32,253 nucleotides of DNA from a bacterium (lineage in GTDB: Bacteria; JACPSX01), in NCBI GenBank assembly GCA_035288405.1, contig DATEAK010000302.1, positions 1 to 32,253 on the forward strand, written 5' to 3'. The notes under the pieces are model-generated. The model did no database searches, was not told where the DNA came from, and saw only the letters and a program-made list of their open reading frames with translations. Both the position numbers and the translations under genes were made by a program. Shown piece by piece: positions 9,623-19,664 of the stretch (positions are counted from its first letter, which is position 1; each line of letters opens with the position of its first letter).

Positions 9623-10132
9623 TCAATAAGGGCCCGATTTCGAGTACAGGTATTTCTTCCAGCTTTCCCAGAGAGACCTGGGAACGAGGCTCGGATTTGC
9701 GTAGAACAGTGGAACCTGGGGCTCACGAGGAGAACGGAGAAGAGTCAGTCTCGATTCGGCCAAAGTCCGGTTCCCCTTGCGCAAATTGCAGCGCTTGCAG
9801 GCCACGACCATGTTTTCCCAGCTGGTGCGTCCTCCCCTGGATTTGGGTATCACATGGTCTATGGTCAGATCCCGCCCCGAATGGCCGCAGTACTGGCAGG
9901 TATAGTTGTCGCGTCGAAAGACGTTTTTCTTGCTGAAGGAAATGCGATGCCGATAGGGACGCCGGATGAAGTGCTCCGTGCGGATGACAGCAGGCAGCAT
10001 AAGTGTGAAAGAAGGAGAACGGATTGGAATGCCGTCGGACTCGACATTTTCAGCTCTGCCGCTCAAGATCATAGTGACTGCCCTGCGGGCAGAGCAAAAA
10101 TGAATAGGTTCGTAAGAGTGACTGAGTACCAA
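9623..10132 (-). CDS. Small HNH endonuclease (McrA-like HNH nuclease domain); start codon uncertain
   Basis: HNH/zinc motif: CQYCGHSGRDLTIDHVIPKSRGGRTSWENMVVACKRCNLRKGN. The N-terminal segment KVLVLSHSYEPIHFCSARRAVTMILSGRAE is typical of this stand-alone family. The stop at 9623 is firm. The 5' end could be TTG 10132 (used here), CTG 10150 or ATG 10072. The track start TTG 10348 lies upstream of the predicted promoter and encodes a W/C/R-rich, noncoding-looking peptide. Confidence 0.75.
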   Translation of the reverse strand: MVLSHSYEPIHFCSARRAVTMILSGRAENVESDGIPIRSPSFTLMLPAVIRTEHFIRRPYRHRISFSKKNVFRRDNYTCQYCGHSGRDLTIDHVIPKSRGGRTSWENMVVACKRCNLRKGNRTLAESRLTLLRSPREPQVPLFYANPSLVPRSLWESWKKYLYSKSGPY

Positions 10133-10220
10133 GACCTTGTGTGAGTCCAGATTGCTGCTAGAGAAAGCCTGGCCCTCCTCGCTGATCCGGGCTCCAAATC
10201 GGGCACGGATATTGTGGGTA

Positions 10221-10249
10221 ACATTACAAGAAATACATTTTCCTGTCAA
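10221..10249 (-). promoter_or_regulatory. Sigma70-like promoter for the HNH gene (TTGACA-17-TAATGT)
   Basis: The minus strand reads cgTTGACAggaaaatgtatttcttgTAATGTtac. The -35 is at 10244-10249 and the -10 at 10221-10226, with a 17-bp spacer. Confidence 0.4.
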
Positions 10250-10263
10250 CGGGACCCTGGAGC

Positions 10264-10269
10264 TATAAT
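10264..10269 (+). promoter_or_regulatory. Perfect -10 hexamer TATAAT, candidate PBP1A promoter
   Basis: Reads gagcTATAATcat on the plus strand, 65-95 nt upstream of the candidate GTG starts. The -35 is weak (TTCCTG at 18 bp). It sits back to back with the HNH promoter. Confidence 0.35.
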
Positions 10270-10363
10270 CATATCCGTACCTGGTCTCGGGACCCCGTTT
10301 CGATCGGAGCCGGCACCATGGAACTTTCGATGGGTGAACCCAATCCAACGGAGCTATAGCCGG

Positions 10364-12262
10364 GTGAAACGCAGGCTCATTTTACTCTACGGAAGCATCT
10401 TCATCCTGGCCGTCGTGGCCGGCTCGATTGCCGGTCTCCTGTCAGCGTACTTGCGGGATCTGCCCGAAGTATCCACTCTGGAACAATACCGGCCGAGCGC
10501 TCTCACCACGGTTTATGCCGATACGGGAGAACCCATTGGAGAGTTTTACCAGGAACGACGTGTCGTTCTCCCCCTCCAGAGGATCCCGCGCATCCTGAAG
10601 CAGGCGGTCCTGGCCGCCGAGGACGCCCGCTTTTACGAACACGAAGGGGTCGATTTCCAGGGAATCTTGCGCGCCCTCTGGTCCGACTTGAGAGCCCGGC
10701 GCATCGTCGAGGGAGGCAGCACAATTACCCAGCAATTGACCCGGCAGCTGTTCCTGTCTCCTGAAAAGAGCTTGAGGCGCAAGGTCAAGGAAGCTGTCCT
10801 CTCCGTAGAAATCGAGAGTCGTTACGCCAAAGACGAGATTCTGGGATTTTACCTGAATCAGGTCTACTTCGGCAGCGGTGCCTACGGAGTCGAAGCCGCG
10901 GCGCGCACCTACTTCGGTAAGGGAGCCGAGGAACTCAATCTGGCCGAGGCTTCCCTCCTTGCAGGTCTGCCGAAAGCGCCCTCCCAGTTCTCGCCGTTTC
11001 TCAACCCCGAACGGGCGCGGGAGAGACAGCGCTACGTCCTGGGACGCATGCTCTCCCTGAGAATGATCACTCGGGAGCAGTCCGCCGAGGCGGCGGCGGC
11101 ACCGTTGCCCCTTGTCCGGCTTGGCCCAACGGCACTGGCGGCACACTTCGTGGAAGGCATCCGTCAGGAACTCCAGGACAAGGTGGGCTCCCAAAAACTC
11201 TACCGCGGAGGATTGAAAGTTTACACCACTCTGGATGCCTCCCTGCAGCGGGCCGCCCAGGAAGCGCTGGAAAAAGGGCTCAGAGAGTTGGAACGCAAGC
11301 AAGCGAGGTATCGGCAAAGAATGAAGCCCTTCGCTCCCCCCGTGGAAGGTGCTTTGGTCGCTATCGATCCCAAGACCGGTTATATCCGGGCTCTGGTGGG
11401 CGGGAGGGATTTCCGGCAGAGCCAGTTCAATCGGGCCACGCAAGCTCTGCGGCAACCGGGTTCGGCCTTTAAGCCGTTTATCTATGCCGCGGCGCTCAGC
11501 AGCGGTTATTCCCCCAATGACATGCTTTTAGACGCACCCGTCACTTATGTAAGCGCACCCGGAGCCCCTCCCTGGAGACCGGAGAACTTCGACGGTAAGT
11601 TTCTGGGACCCGTCCCCATCTACCAGGCTTTGGCGGAATCGCGCAACGTTCCCACCGTGAGACTCCTGGAAAAGGTGGGTCCCAACAAGGTGATCGATCT
11701 GGCGCGACGGATGGGTATAAACAGCCCATTGCACCCCTATCTCTCTCTGGCTCTGGGCTCCTCAGATGTCACGCTGATGGAAATAACCGCGGCCTTTGCC
11801 GCCTTTGCCGACGAAGGGATCTGGATCAAGCCGGTCTCCTGGGTCAAGATTACAGACTCGGCAGGGAAGATATTGGAAGAGAGCCGGACGGAGGTTCGAG
11901 ACGCAATTCCCGCGGAGCTGGCTCAAGAGATGACCAAGCTTTTGCAAGGTGTGGTGGAACACGGGACCGGGCAATTTGCCAAGGCTCTGGGGCGGCCGGC
12001 CTTCGGCAAGACGGGGACCACCAACGATTTCGATGACGCCTGGTTCATCGGTTATTCTGCGGGACTGGTGGCCGGAGTGTGGGTGGGATACGACGACCAT
12101 CGCTCCCTGGGAAATCGAGAAACAGGAGCCGTGGCAGCGGGTCCTATATGGCTCGACTTCATGAAGGAAGCCGTCCGCAAGTCTCGCCCTCCCTCAGACG
12201 GCGCACTTCCGAACCCTGGAGCACAATCTTCCCCTCCGCTTCCCGCGGCTCCCGTGCATTGA
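10364..12262 (+). CDS. mrcA: Penicillin-binding protein 1A (bifunctional GT51 transglycosylase / transpeptidase)
   Basis: Glycosyltransferase motifs EDARFYEHEGVD and GGSTITQQL are present. Transpeptidase motifs are SAFKP (SxxK), SRN and KTGTT. I chose GTG 10364 (VKRRLILLYGSIFILAVVAG, a basic tail followed by a TM helix; GGAG 10 nt upstream). GTG 10334 is possible. The track start 10214 lies upstream of the putative -10. Confidence 0.88.
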   Translation: MKRRLILLYGSIFILAVVAGSIAGLLSAYLRDLPEVSTLEQYRPSALTTVYADTGEPIGEFYQERRVVLPLQRIPRILKQAVLAAEDARFYEHEGVDFQGILRALWSDLRARRIVEGGSTITQQLTRQLFLSPEKSLRRKVKEAVLSVEIESRYAKDEILGFYLNQVYFGSGAYGVEAAARTYFGKGAEELNLAEASLLAGLPKAPSQFSPFLNPERARERQRYVLGRMLSLRMITREQSAEAAAAPLPLVRLGPTALAAHFVEGIRQELQDKVGSQKLYRGGLKVYTTLDASLQRAAQEALEKGLRELERKQARYRQRMKPFAPPVEGALVAIDPKTGYIRALVGGRDFRQSQFNRATQALRQPGSAFKPFIYAAALSSGYSPNDMLLDAPVTYVSAPGAPPWRPENFDGKFLGPVPIYQALAESRNVPTVRLLEKVGPNKVIDLARRMGINSPLHPYLSLALGSSDVTLMEITAAFAAFADEGIWIKPVSWVKITDSAGKILEESRTEVRDAIPAELAQEMTKLLQGVVEHGTGQFAKALGRPAFGKTGTTNDFDDAWFIGYSAGLVAGVWVGYDDHRSLGNRETGAVAAGPIWLDFMKEAVRKSRPPSDGALPNPGAQSSPPLPAAPVH

Positions 12263-12362
12263 AGGAACCCGGGAAACCCCCGTTTTACAATCTCTCTTGA
12301 GTAACGATCTCCGTGTACACTGGATTCGTCAGGCCTGAGACGGATTGCGAGTGGTTTTCCCA

Positions 12363-13280
12363 CTACAGGATGGAATCGACGAAGGCCTCCGGATCAAAAT
12401 CTCTCAAGTCGTCCGGGCTCTCCCCCACTCCCACATAGTAGACGGGGAGTCGGAATTCATCCACGATCCGCAGGAGAATTCCCCCTTTGGCGGTACCATC
12501 GAGTTTGGTAACCACCAGTCCGGTGACGCCGATCGCCTCGTGAAATAATCGAACCTGAGAGACCGCATTTTGTCCGGTGGTCGCATCGAGGATCAGAAGC
12601 ACCTCGTGAGGGGCAGTGGGGATGAGCTGGCCCATGACCCGCTTGATTTTCTTGAGTTCTTCCATGAGATTGGTCTTGGTATGGAGCCGGCCCGCGGTAT
12701 CGGCCAGCACGACTTGAGCCCCTCTGGCTTTGGCAGCTTGCAAGGTGTCGTAAATGACGGCGGCAGGATCCGCCCCGCTTTGATGCTTGACGACCTGGGC
12801 TCCCGCTCTCTCCCCCCAGATCTCCAGTTGCTCAATCGCAGCAGCCCGAAACGTGTCGCCGGCAGCGAGGAGAACACGAGTCCCCTCGTCTGCCCAACGC
12901 TTGGCGAGCTTGCCGATGGTGGTGGTTTTTCCGACCCCGTTCACCCCAACCACCAGGACGACGCGGGGAGGAGGCGGCAGAGGGACGCGCGCGGCCACTC
13001 CCTGGGCAAGAATTTCCACCAGGATGCGGCGCAGGATTTCCTTGAGCTCCGAAGCTTCCCGAATCCCCTCTTTGGCGGCTCTCTCCTGCAGTCGGGCCAC
13101 GATGTTCCCCGCCGTTTGAGGACCTACATCCGCCAGAATGAGAGCCTCCTCCAACTCTTCGAGTAATTCCTCGTCAATACGGCGGCCCACCACCCCCCGG
13201 AGCCAGTCCAGGCGGCTTTGCAGGCTCTGCCGAGTTTTCGCCAGCCCTTGTTTCCAGCGGTCCAAAAAGGCCACTGCCAT
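12363..13280 (-). CDS. ftsY: Signal recognition particle receptor FtsY (NG domains only, short N-terminal helix)
   Basis: SRP-GTPase motifs GVNGVGKTTT, DTAGR and TKLDGTAKGG are present. ATG 13280 is preceded by AAGGA at a 7-nt spacing. The track start 13340 adds 20 unlikely residues. Confidence 0.9.
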   Translation of the reverse strand: MAVAFLDRWKQGLAKTRQSLQSRLDWLRGVVGRRIDEELLEELEEALILADVGPQTAGNIVARLQERAAKEGIREASELKEILRRILVEILAQGVAARVPLPPPPRVVLVVGVNGVGKTTTIGKLAKRWADEGTRVLLAAGDTFRAAAIEQLEIWGERAGAQVVKHQSGADPAAVIYDTLQAAKARGAQVVLADTAGRLHTKTNLMEELKKIKRVMGQLIPTAPHEVLLILDATTGQNAVSQVRLFHEAIGVTGLVVTKLDGTAKGGILLRIVDEFRLPVYYVGVGESPDDLRDFDPEAFVDSIL

Positions 13281-13360
13281 CTCATTTCCTTCCCGAACAT
13301 TCGGCGCATTCCCCCCACTTTGGAGAAAAGCGCCGCGCACATCTCCGCTTCGGCTGCGAT

Positions 13361-16300
13361 TTAAGAAGGTCCCTGGTGTCCGTTGAGATTCACGCTCACT
13401 AGTTGAGAGATTCCTTCTTCCTCCATCGTGACCCCATAGAGCCGATCGGCCAAGGACATGGTTCGCTTGTTATGGGTGATGATGAGAAACTGAGTCTGAG
13501 AAGAAATTTCCCGGACCATTTGGCCGAAGCGCATGACGTTGGCTTCGTCGAGAGGAGCATCCACCTCATCGAGGATACAGAAAGGACTGGGATTCACCAG
13601 GAAGATGGCAAACAGGAATGACAAAGCGGTCAGGGCCTTTTCTCCGGCGGACAGCAAGGCCAGACTTTGTAATTTTTTCCCCGGAGGCTGGGCCACCATA
13701 TCAACACCGCTCTCCAGGGGATCATCGGGGTTCGTGAGAACCAGAGTGGCCTCGCCTCCGCCAAAAAGCCCGGTAAAAACTTGTTCGAATTTCGTCTTGA
13801 TCTGCTCAAACGATGTGACGAATTTTTCGCGGATCGTGAGATTGATCTTGCGAATGGTTTCGTGCAAATCCTGCAGAGATTTTTCCAGGTCTTCTTTCTG
13901 AGTGTCCAAGAAACGATGGCGCTCCTTCAACTCCTCGAACTCCTGCAGCGCCGTCATGTTGATTTCCCCCAGCCGCTGCATCGACTCCTTCACTTCCGAA
14001 ACCTTCTGTCTGCTTCCATCCACATCCACTTCGGGCTCGGACTGGAAGAGACGGACGATTTCCTCTATGGGGCGTGCGTAAGATGTTATGCCCCTCTCTT
14101 CCAGATGTCGTAGAGTGACCTTTTCTTCGGTCCACTGGATTTCCGCTTTGGAGAAAGTTTCTCTTACCTGGTCCAGTTCGAGGCTTGCCCCTTTGACTTC
14201 ACCCTCCAGGGCTTCAAACTGCGCACGCCCGGCTTGCAGGGACTCTTCCATTTCCTGCAGAGACGCCGAGCGTTGCTCCTTGAGAGTTTGGAGATCCTGG
14301 AGAGATCTCTCTCCCTCGTCAATGGTTTCCCGAGCGGTTTGCATCCCCTGCCGGGCTTCGGCCTGGCGGGCCCGGAGCTTTTCTTTGGCGATCTGCACGA
14401 TCTCCTGCTCGCTGCGGAGTTCACGCAGGATTGTATTTAGCCCCTGTTCCTTTTCTCTCAAGGCTCCGATTTCAACACGCAACTCCGTAAGGGTGTCGGA
14501 AATCTCTGCGCATTGCCTGCTGAGATCCACCAAGTCCTTCTGCCCGGAGCGGATTTCTTCTTCCGCCTGGAGGCGCTGTTGCTCCAGGAGAGCGCACATC
14601 TCTTCCTGCCGGGTCACTTCTTCCCGAAGCCGGTGCTCCTCTTCGGAGAGCATTTCCCGCTCGTATCCCAGTGCCTTCAGCCGTTCGGTCCACCGTCTGA
14701 TTTCCGCTTCCTGCTGTTCCACATCCCGACGGCAGTTGACCCGCTCAATCTCGCCGTCACGTAGGAGGGTAGCGACCCTCTGTTCTTCCTCCTGAAGACG
14801 CTCCAGTTCCTGCGACCGTGCTTCTCTGCGGGCTTCCAGGGTGCGGATTTCCTGGCGCAGAGTCTCCACGTCGAAATCGAGTTCCTGGATCCTGCGGGGC
14901 CGGGCCAGCAGCGTGCCGCCCTCGGTCTGCCCTTGATCGCCCCCGCCGATCACAAGTCCGTTGGGGTTTATCACATCCCCTTCCAGTGTCACAAGAGTTC
15001 CCGGAAAGACCTGGCGTTCCCAGAGATCAAGAGCATCTCGGAGGTTTTCCACAACGAGCACTTCTCCCAGCAAGCTGCAAACCGCGGCCTGAAATTCTTC
15101 AGGACAGCGGACGAGATCCAGAGCCATCCCGACAATTCCCCGGTCACCGTTGGGAGAATAGGAAAAGGAGCCGTTGTTTTTGGGTCGCACAGGCAGGAAA
15201 CCGCCCCGCCCGCCGGTTCTGTCCTTCAAATAAGAGATAGCCTGTAGTGCCGTCTCGTGTCCATCCACAAGGAGACATTGCAGCCTTTCGCCCAGCACCG
15301 CCTCGACGGCTTTCTCAAAGCGGGGCGAGGTCTCCAGGACCTCCGCCACTACGCCCTTGAGACCCGGAAGCGAAGGCCCGGACTCCTCTTGAACCAATAG
15401 GCTGCGCACGCCACGGCCGAAACCTTCATAATTCCGCTGCAGGTCTCGCAAGGTCTGGAGTTGGGAAAGAACTCCCTGGAGTTGCGCGCGGCGTTCCTGG
15501 ATCTCATTCTCCGCGTTCTGAATCTCTGCGCTTTTTGCCCGCAGGCTCTCTTGAAACGCGGCTTGCTCCCGGCCCAGGGAAACGACGCGCGCCTCGATCA
15601 CTCGCAGCTTCTCCGAGTTGTCCTGACACAACCGGATCGATTCCTTCTCGCCCTCGCGGATCCGGGCCTCCTCTTGCAGGAGGCGCTCGGAGCGGCCGGC
15701 CAAATCTTCCTGGCGTCTCAGTAAGGACTCCCGGTGGGTGCGGCCCTGAGAGAGGCGGCTGTGGAGATCGATGTAGCCGGTCTTTTTCTCTTCCAGATTT
15801 TGAGCGAGCTGCCTGGATTGTGCCTGCAGCCGCGTCATTTCACTGTCGATCGTCTCTCGGCGCTCCTCCTGGCCTTGCAGCTGAGCGATCAACTCGCCTT
15901 TTTCCTGTTGCCGGCGAACCAAGGTCTGCTCCAAGCGCACCTCGCGCTCGCTGAGATCCCTGAGCTCTTCTTCCAGACGCTCCAGCTCTTTGCCGCGACT
16001 CACGATCTGCTCGCGGGCCAGATCGAGCCGATTGTGAGTCCGATCCAGGGCATTCATCACTTCTTGAAATTCCGAGCGCAATAGGGAGAGGGTCCTTTCC
16101 CGGTCAAGGACGCTTAGTTTTGCCTGCCCAACCCTGTTTTCCGCCGCTTCCTTACGGGCCGAAATTTCTTCCATTCGAGCCCGCAGAACCTCGCAAGCCC
16201 GCACACTTTCCCGGGCGCTGGTCCTCACGGTCAAATACTCGTAGCCCAGGATCAGCATCTCCAGGCGGAGCAGCTCTTGCTGCAGGTTGCGATAGGCTTC

Positions 16301-16948
16301 AGCTTTGCGGGCCTGGCGGGACAAGGAATTCATCTGACGTTTGACCTCGCCCAAAATGTCGGCCACCCGTTGGAGATTCTGTTGGGTGTCCTCCATCTTG
16401 CGCAAAGCCTCTTCCTTGCGATGCTTGAATTTTAAGACGCCGGCAGCTCCTTCGATGTAGGAGCGCCGCTCTTCCGGTTTGGCCTGTAAGAGTTCGTAGA
16501 TATCCGCTTGCTCCATGAGAGCCAGGCCGCTGCTGCTGACTCCGAGATCCAAAAAAGTATCCACCACGTCTTTTAGGCGGACGGGAGTCTTATTGATCAG
16601 GTATTCACTATCACCCGAGCGGTAGAGACGGCGGCCAAGGCCGATTTCGGAGTACTCTCGCAGAGCCGGATTGGTAATCCGGTCCCCGACGTCCGCAATG
16701 ATGACGTGGGCTTCCGCCATTCCGCTGGGACGCCGGCTTTTCGTACCGTTGAAAATAAAGTCTTCCATGCGCTTGCCGCGCAGGCTCTTGGCACTTTGCT
16801 CCCCGAGTACCCAACGAATGGCATCCACGATGTTGCTCTTGCCACAGCCGTTGGGTCCCACTATCGCCGTAACTCCGGATTCCAGAGTTACTTGAGCTTC
16901 TTCTCCAAAGGACTTAAACCCCACCAAGTCCAGCCGTTTAATGTACAA
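13361..16948 (-). CDS. smc: Chromosome partition protein Smc
   Basis: About 1195 aa. The N-terminal head has [13 protein letters not shown]...GPNGCGKSN (Walker A), followed by long coiled coils around a hinge ([22 protein letters not shown]). The C-terminal head has [17 protein letters not shown] (signature) and [12 protein letters not shown] (Walker B). TTG 16948 gives M-YIKRL, matching the usual Smc N terminus, with GGAGG 7 nt upstream. ATG 16954 is the alternative. Confidence 0.93.
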   Translation of the reverse strand: MYIKRLDLVGFKSFGEEAQVTLESGVTAIVGPNGCGKSNIVDAIRWVLGEQSAKSLRGKRMEDFIFNGTKSRRPSGMAEAHVIIADVGDRITNPALREYSEIGLGRRLYRSGDSEYLINKTPVRLKDVVDTFLDLGVSSSGLALMEQADIYELLQAKPEERRSYIEGAAGVLKFKHRKEEALRKMEDTQQNLQRVADILGEVKRQMNSLSRQARKAEAYRNLQQELLRLEMLILGYEYLTVRTSARESVRACEVLRARMEEISARKEAAENRVGQAKLSVLDRERTLSLLRSEFQEVMNALDRTHNRLDLAREQIVSRGKELERLEEELRDLSEREVRLEQTLVRRQQEKGELIAQLQGQEERRETIDSEMTRLQAQSRQLAQNLEEKKTGYIDLHSRLSQGRTHRESLLRRQEDLAGRSERLLQEEARIREGEKESIRLCQDNSEKLRVIEARVVSLGREQAAFQESLRAKSAEIQNAENEIQERRAQLQGVLSQLQTLRDLQRNYEGFGRGVRSLLVQEESGPSLPGLKGVVAEVLETSPRFEKAVEAVLGERLQCLLVDGHETALQAISYLKDRTGGRGGFLPVRPKNNGSFSYSPNGDRGIVGMALDLVRCPEEFQAAVCSLLGEVLVVENLRDALDLWERQVFPGTLVTLEGDVINPNGLVIGGGDQGQTEGGTLLARPRRIQELDFDVETLRQEIRTLEARREARSQELERLQEEEQRVATLLRDGEIERVNCRRDVEQQEAEIRRWTERLKALGYEREMLSEEEHRLREEVTRQEEMCALLEQQRLQAEEEIRSGQKDLVDLSRQCAEISDTLTELRVEIGALREKEQGLNTILRELRSEQEIVQIAKEKLRARQAEARQGMQTARETIDEGERSLQDLQTLKEQRSASLQEMEESLQAGRAQFEALEGEVKGASLELDQVRETFSKAEIQWTEEKVTLRHLEERGITSYARPIEEIVRLFQSEPEVDVDGSRQKVSEVKESMQRLGEINMTALQEFEELKERHRFLDTQKEDLEKSLQDLHETIRKINLTIREKFVTSFEQIKTKFEQVFTGLFGGGEATLVLTNPDDPLESGVDMVAQPPGKKLQSLALLSAGEKALTALSFLFAIFLVNPSPFCILDEVDAPLDEANVMRFGQMVREISSQTQFLIITHNKRTMSLADRLYGVTMEEEGISQLVSVNLNGHQGPS

Positions 16949-16986
16949 AACCATTCCTCCCTGATCTGGAGTCGGATTTGGCCCGT

Positions 16987-17015
16987 ATGGTACCATTCAC
17001 ATATTGGTATGTAAA
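16987..17015 (-). promoter_or_regulatory. Possible smc promoter (TTTACA-17-TACCAT)
   Basis: The minus strand reads ccTTTACAtaccaatatgtgaatggTACCATacg, about 40 nt upstream of the smc start. Both hexamers are imperfect. Confidence 0.3.
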
Positions 17016-17063
17016 GGGGAAAGTCCAACAAATGGTGGGGAGACCGGAAGCGTACAACAAGAT

Positions 17064-17888
17064 CTAGTGCCTGCCGGCTTGGCTCCCAGGAGAGGACCGG
17101 GTACCCCCCGGAGATCCGGGCTCACCAATATCCTCGATGGTTGGAATGGCACTGGAGGATGGGAATTGTTCCAAGACGGCCTTTGCTGCTCTTTGCTCCG
17201 CTTCTTTCTTGCTCTTCCCGGAACCGATGGCCCGTACTTCTTCTTCAACTCCTACTTCGACCTCAAAGATCTTGTCGTGGTCAGGCCCATAGGACCGGAC
17301 GACCCGGTAGGACGGCACGCATCCCAAGCGTTCCTGGGTGTATTCCTGCAGCTCGCTCTTAAAGTCACGGCGCTCCTTCTGGTGAGCCACATGGCTGATT
17401 TCCGCTTCGAAGCTTTTCAGAAACGCCGCCCGAGCTCCCTCAAATCCAGCGTCGAGGTAGATCGCCCCGAGAACCGCTTCCAGAGTATCCGCCAGGATGG
17501 AGGTTTTCTGACGCCCCCCGGTCTGTTCTTCTCCTTTGCCCAAGAGCAGGTAGGAACCCAGATCCACCTGGCGGGCCAATTTAGCCAGGTAACTCTGCCG
17601 CACCACGGCTGCCCGCAGCTTGGAGAGATCCCCTTCCGCGGAATCCGGAAACCTTTTGAGGAAATAATCACTCACCATCAGTTCGAGGACAGCGTCACCG
17701 AGAAACTCCAGGCGCTCGTTGTCCGCCAAGGGTTCACCGTTCTCATTGACGTAGGATTTATGGGTCAGGGCCCGGTTGAGGAGGGAGAAATCCTGAAAGT
17801 TGTGCCCCAGGTTGCGCTGAAATTCTTCGAGATACCTCGCCCGTTCCCGGGAAAGTTTGGCCTTACCCTTCGACTTCGGCAATCTCAC
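17064..17888 (-). CDS. rnc: Ribonuclease III
   Basis: RNase III signature [13 protein letters not shown] is present, with a C-terminal dsRBD ([19 protein letters not shown]). The GTG start overlaps the fabF stop (GTGA). Confidence 0.92.
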   Translation of the reverse strand: MRLPKSKGKAKLSRERARYLEEFQRNLGHNFQDFSLLNRALTHKSYVNENGEPLADNERLEFLGDAVLELMVSDYFLKRFPDSAEGDLSKLRAAVVRQSYLAKLARQVDLGSYLLLGKGEEQTGGRQKTSILADTLEAVLGAIYLDAGFEGARAAFLKSFEAEISHVAHQKERRDFKSELQEYTQERLGCVPSYRVVRSYGPDHDKIFEVEVGVEEEVRAIGSGKSKKEAEQRAAKAVLEQFPSSSAIPTIEDIGEPGSPGGTRSSPGSQAGRH

Positions 17889-19129
17889 TCGGTATACCTC
17901 TTGAAAAGCACCGAGGCATTGGTACCACCAAAGCCAAAGGAGTTGGAAAGCGCCAAGCGGATAGGCGTCCTGCGCGCCTCATTGGGAACGTAGTCGAGAT
18001 CACACTCCGGATCCTGATTCTCATAGTTGATGGTGGGGGTGATGATTCCGTGCTTGATGGACAGTACAGTCGTCACCCCTTCGACGCCGCCGGCGGCGCC
18101 GAGCAGATGACCAACCATGGATTTCGTGGAGCTTACCGCGAGCTTGTAAGCATGCTCTCCAAAAACGTTCTTAATGGCTAGAGTCTCGAACTTATCGTTG
18201 TACGGGGTGGAAGTCCCGTGGGCATTGATGTAGTCCACTTCCTCGGGCTTGACACCGGCGTCTCTCAGCGCCATTTTCATGCAACGGCTGGCTCCTTCTC
18301 CCTTGGGATCCGGCGTCGTAACATGATACGCATCGGAACCCATGCCGTAGCCCACAATTTCCGCGTAGATCCGCGCTCCCCTGGCTTGCGCGGAATCCAG
18401 CGCCTCCAGCATCATGACCCCCGCCCCTTCCCCCATCACGAAGCCGTCCCGGTACCGGTCGAATGGGCGGCTCGCGCGGGTAGGCTCCTCATTGCGAGTG
18501 GACAGGGCCCTCATGCTGGCGAAAGCGCTGATACCCAGAGGAGTAACGACACCCTCCGTCCCCCCCGCCAGCATGGCATCCGCATCTTCCCGGGCGATGA
18601 TCTTGAAGGCGTCTCCAATTGCGTGAGCCCCGGTGGCGCAGGCCGTGGATACGCACGTGTTGGGGCCCTTGAGACCGAACCGCATGGAGAGATGCCCCGA
18701 GGCCATATTGCCGAGCATCATGGGGATAAAGAAGGGGGAGACTTTCCGGTGGCCTTCGGCCTCCAGAATGTGGTGGTACCTTTCGATGGAAGGGAGGCCT
18801 CCGAGGCCGCAGCCGACCATGACACCTACGTGTTCCGCATTGGATTCGCCCACCGGCAGGCCGCTGTCCTCCATGGCCATGGTCCCCGCCGCCATAGCGT
18901 ACTGAATAAAGAGATCCATCTTCTTGATCTCTTTTTTTTCAATGTAGAGATTCGGGTCGAAGCCAACCACTTCTCCGGCGATTCTCGTTGGAAAATCGGA
19001 GATATCAAAGCGCGTGATCCGGCGAATTCCGGATTCCCCTTTGCACAAGGCCTGCCACGCGGCTTCCACTCCGATGCCCACAGGGGTAACGACTCCCAAT
19101 CCTGTAACGACGACTCGCCGACCTCGCAC
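17885..19129 (-). CDS. fabF: 3-oxoacyl-[ACP] synthase II
   Basis: N terminus [13 protein letters not shown], active-site Cys context [10 protein letters not shown], and His motifs in [10 protein letters not shown] and [18 protein letters not shown] 19129 is preceded by AAGGAG at a 6-nt spacing. The track start 19240 adds 37 unlikely residues. Confidence 0.92.
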   Translation of the reverse strand: MRGRRVVVTGLGVVTPVGIGVEAAWQALCKGESGIRRITRFDISDFPTRIAGEVVGFDPNLYIEKKEIKKMDLFIQYAMAAGTMAMEDSGLPVGESNAEHVGVMVGCGLGGLPSIERYHHILEAEGHRKVSPFFIPMMLGNMASGHLSMRFGLKGPNTCVSTACATGAHAIGDAFKIIAREDADAMLAGGTEGVVTPLGISAFASMRALSTRNEEPTRASRPFDRYRDGFVMGEGAGVMMLEALDSAQARGARIYAEIVGYGMGSDAYHVTTPDPKGEGASRCMKMALRDAGVKPEEVDYINAHGTSTPYNDKFETLAIKNVFGEHAYKLAVSSTKSMVGHLLGAAGGVEGVTTVLSIKHGIITPTINYENQDPECDLDYVPNEARRTPIRLALSNSFGFGGTNASVLFKRYTE

Positions 19130-19347
19130 GGTTATCTCCTTCACCGACTCCTTACTGCCAAGACTCTTTGGCGGGCTTATGTACTTCCAGCACCCGGCTC
19201 CCCCGGAACTACTCTTTGTTCGAGTCTCGTGCCGTTCCATTCATTTTCGGCACCGTTCCCGGTTCGCACGGTCCACACTCTTGCTGCCAGGCAGATCACT
19301 CAATTTGAGCTGCATCCAGTTGGAACGGTACCAGAAGTGCTCTAATC

Positions 19348-19587
19348 CTAACTATTCAGGTGGGACATTATGTAATTCGTCGCGTCTCGCACCGTAGTAA
19401 TTTTTTCAGCATCCTCATCCGGAATCTCGAGGTCGAACTCCTCTTCAAAAGCCATGACGAGCTCCACCGTGTCCAGTGAATCCGCACCCAGGTCCTCAAT
19501 AAAAGACGCCTCCGGAGTCACCTCATCCGCCTCTACTCCCAACTGCTCCATGATGATCTCTTTTACTCTTTCCTCCACTGAAGCCAT
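19348..19587 (-). CDS. acpP: Acyl carrier protein
   Basis: 79 aa with the phosphopantetheine attachment motif [19 protein letters not shown]. The SD GAGGAGG lies upstream. Confidence 0.95.
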   Translation of the reverse strand: MASVEERVKEIIMEQLGVEADEVTPEASFIEDLGADSLDTVELVMAFEEEFDLEIPDEDAEKITTVRDATNYIMSHLNS

Positions 19588-19664
19588 CTTGGCTCACCTC
19601 CTCGAAGCGAGTAACCATCTTCTCGACAGGGCTGATTCTCCCTGTCTCTCTACCCCGGCGTCCC

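Noticed and set aside
9475-9726. 83-aa minus-strand ORF spanning the HNH 3' end and the intergenic hairpins
   Set aside because: It overlaps the HNH gene out of frame, is rich in R, P, G and C, and has no RBS. The region is better explained by RNA hairpins plus the prfB promoter.
10442-11455. 337-aa minus-strand ORF inside the PBP1A gene
   Set aside because: It is antisense to a gene with complete GT51 and transpeptidase motifs. It shows no start context and its composition looks noncoding.
16987-16996. 10-bp palindrome ATGGTACCAT at the putative smc -10
   Set aside because: Perfect 10-bp palindromes are expected dozens of times by chance in 32 kb, and there is no flanking symmetry.
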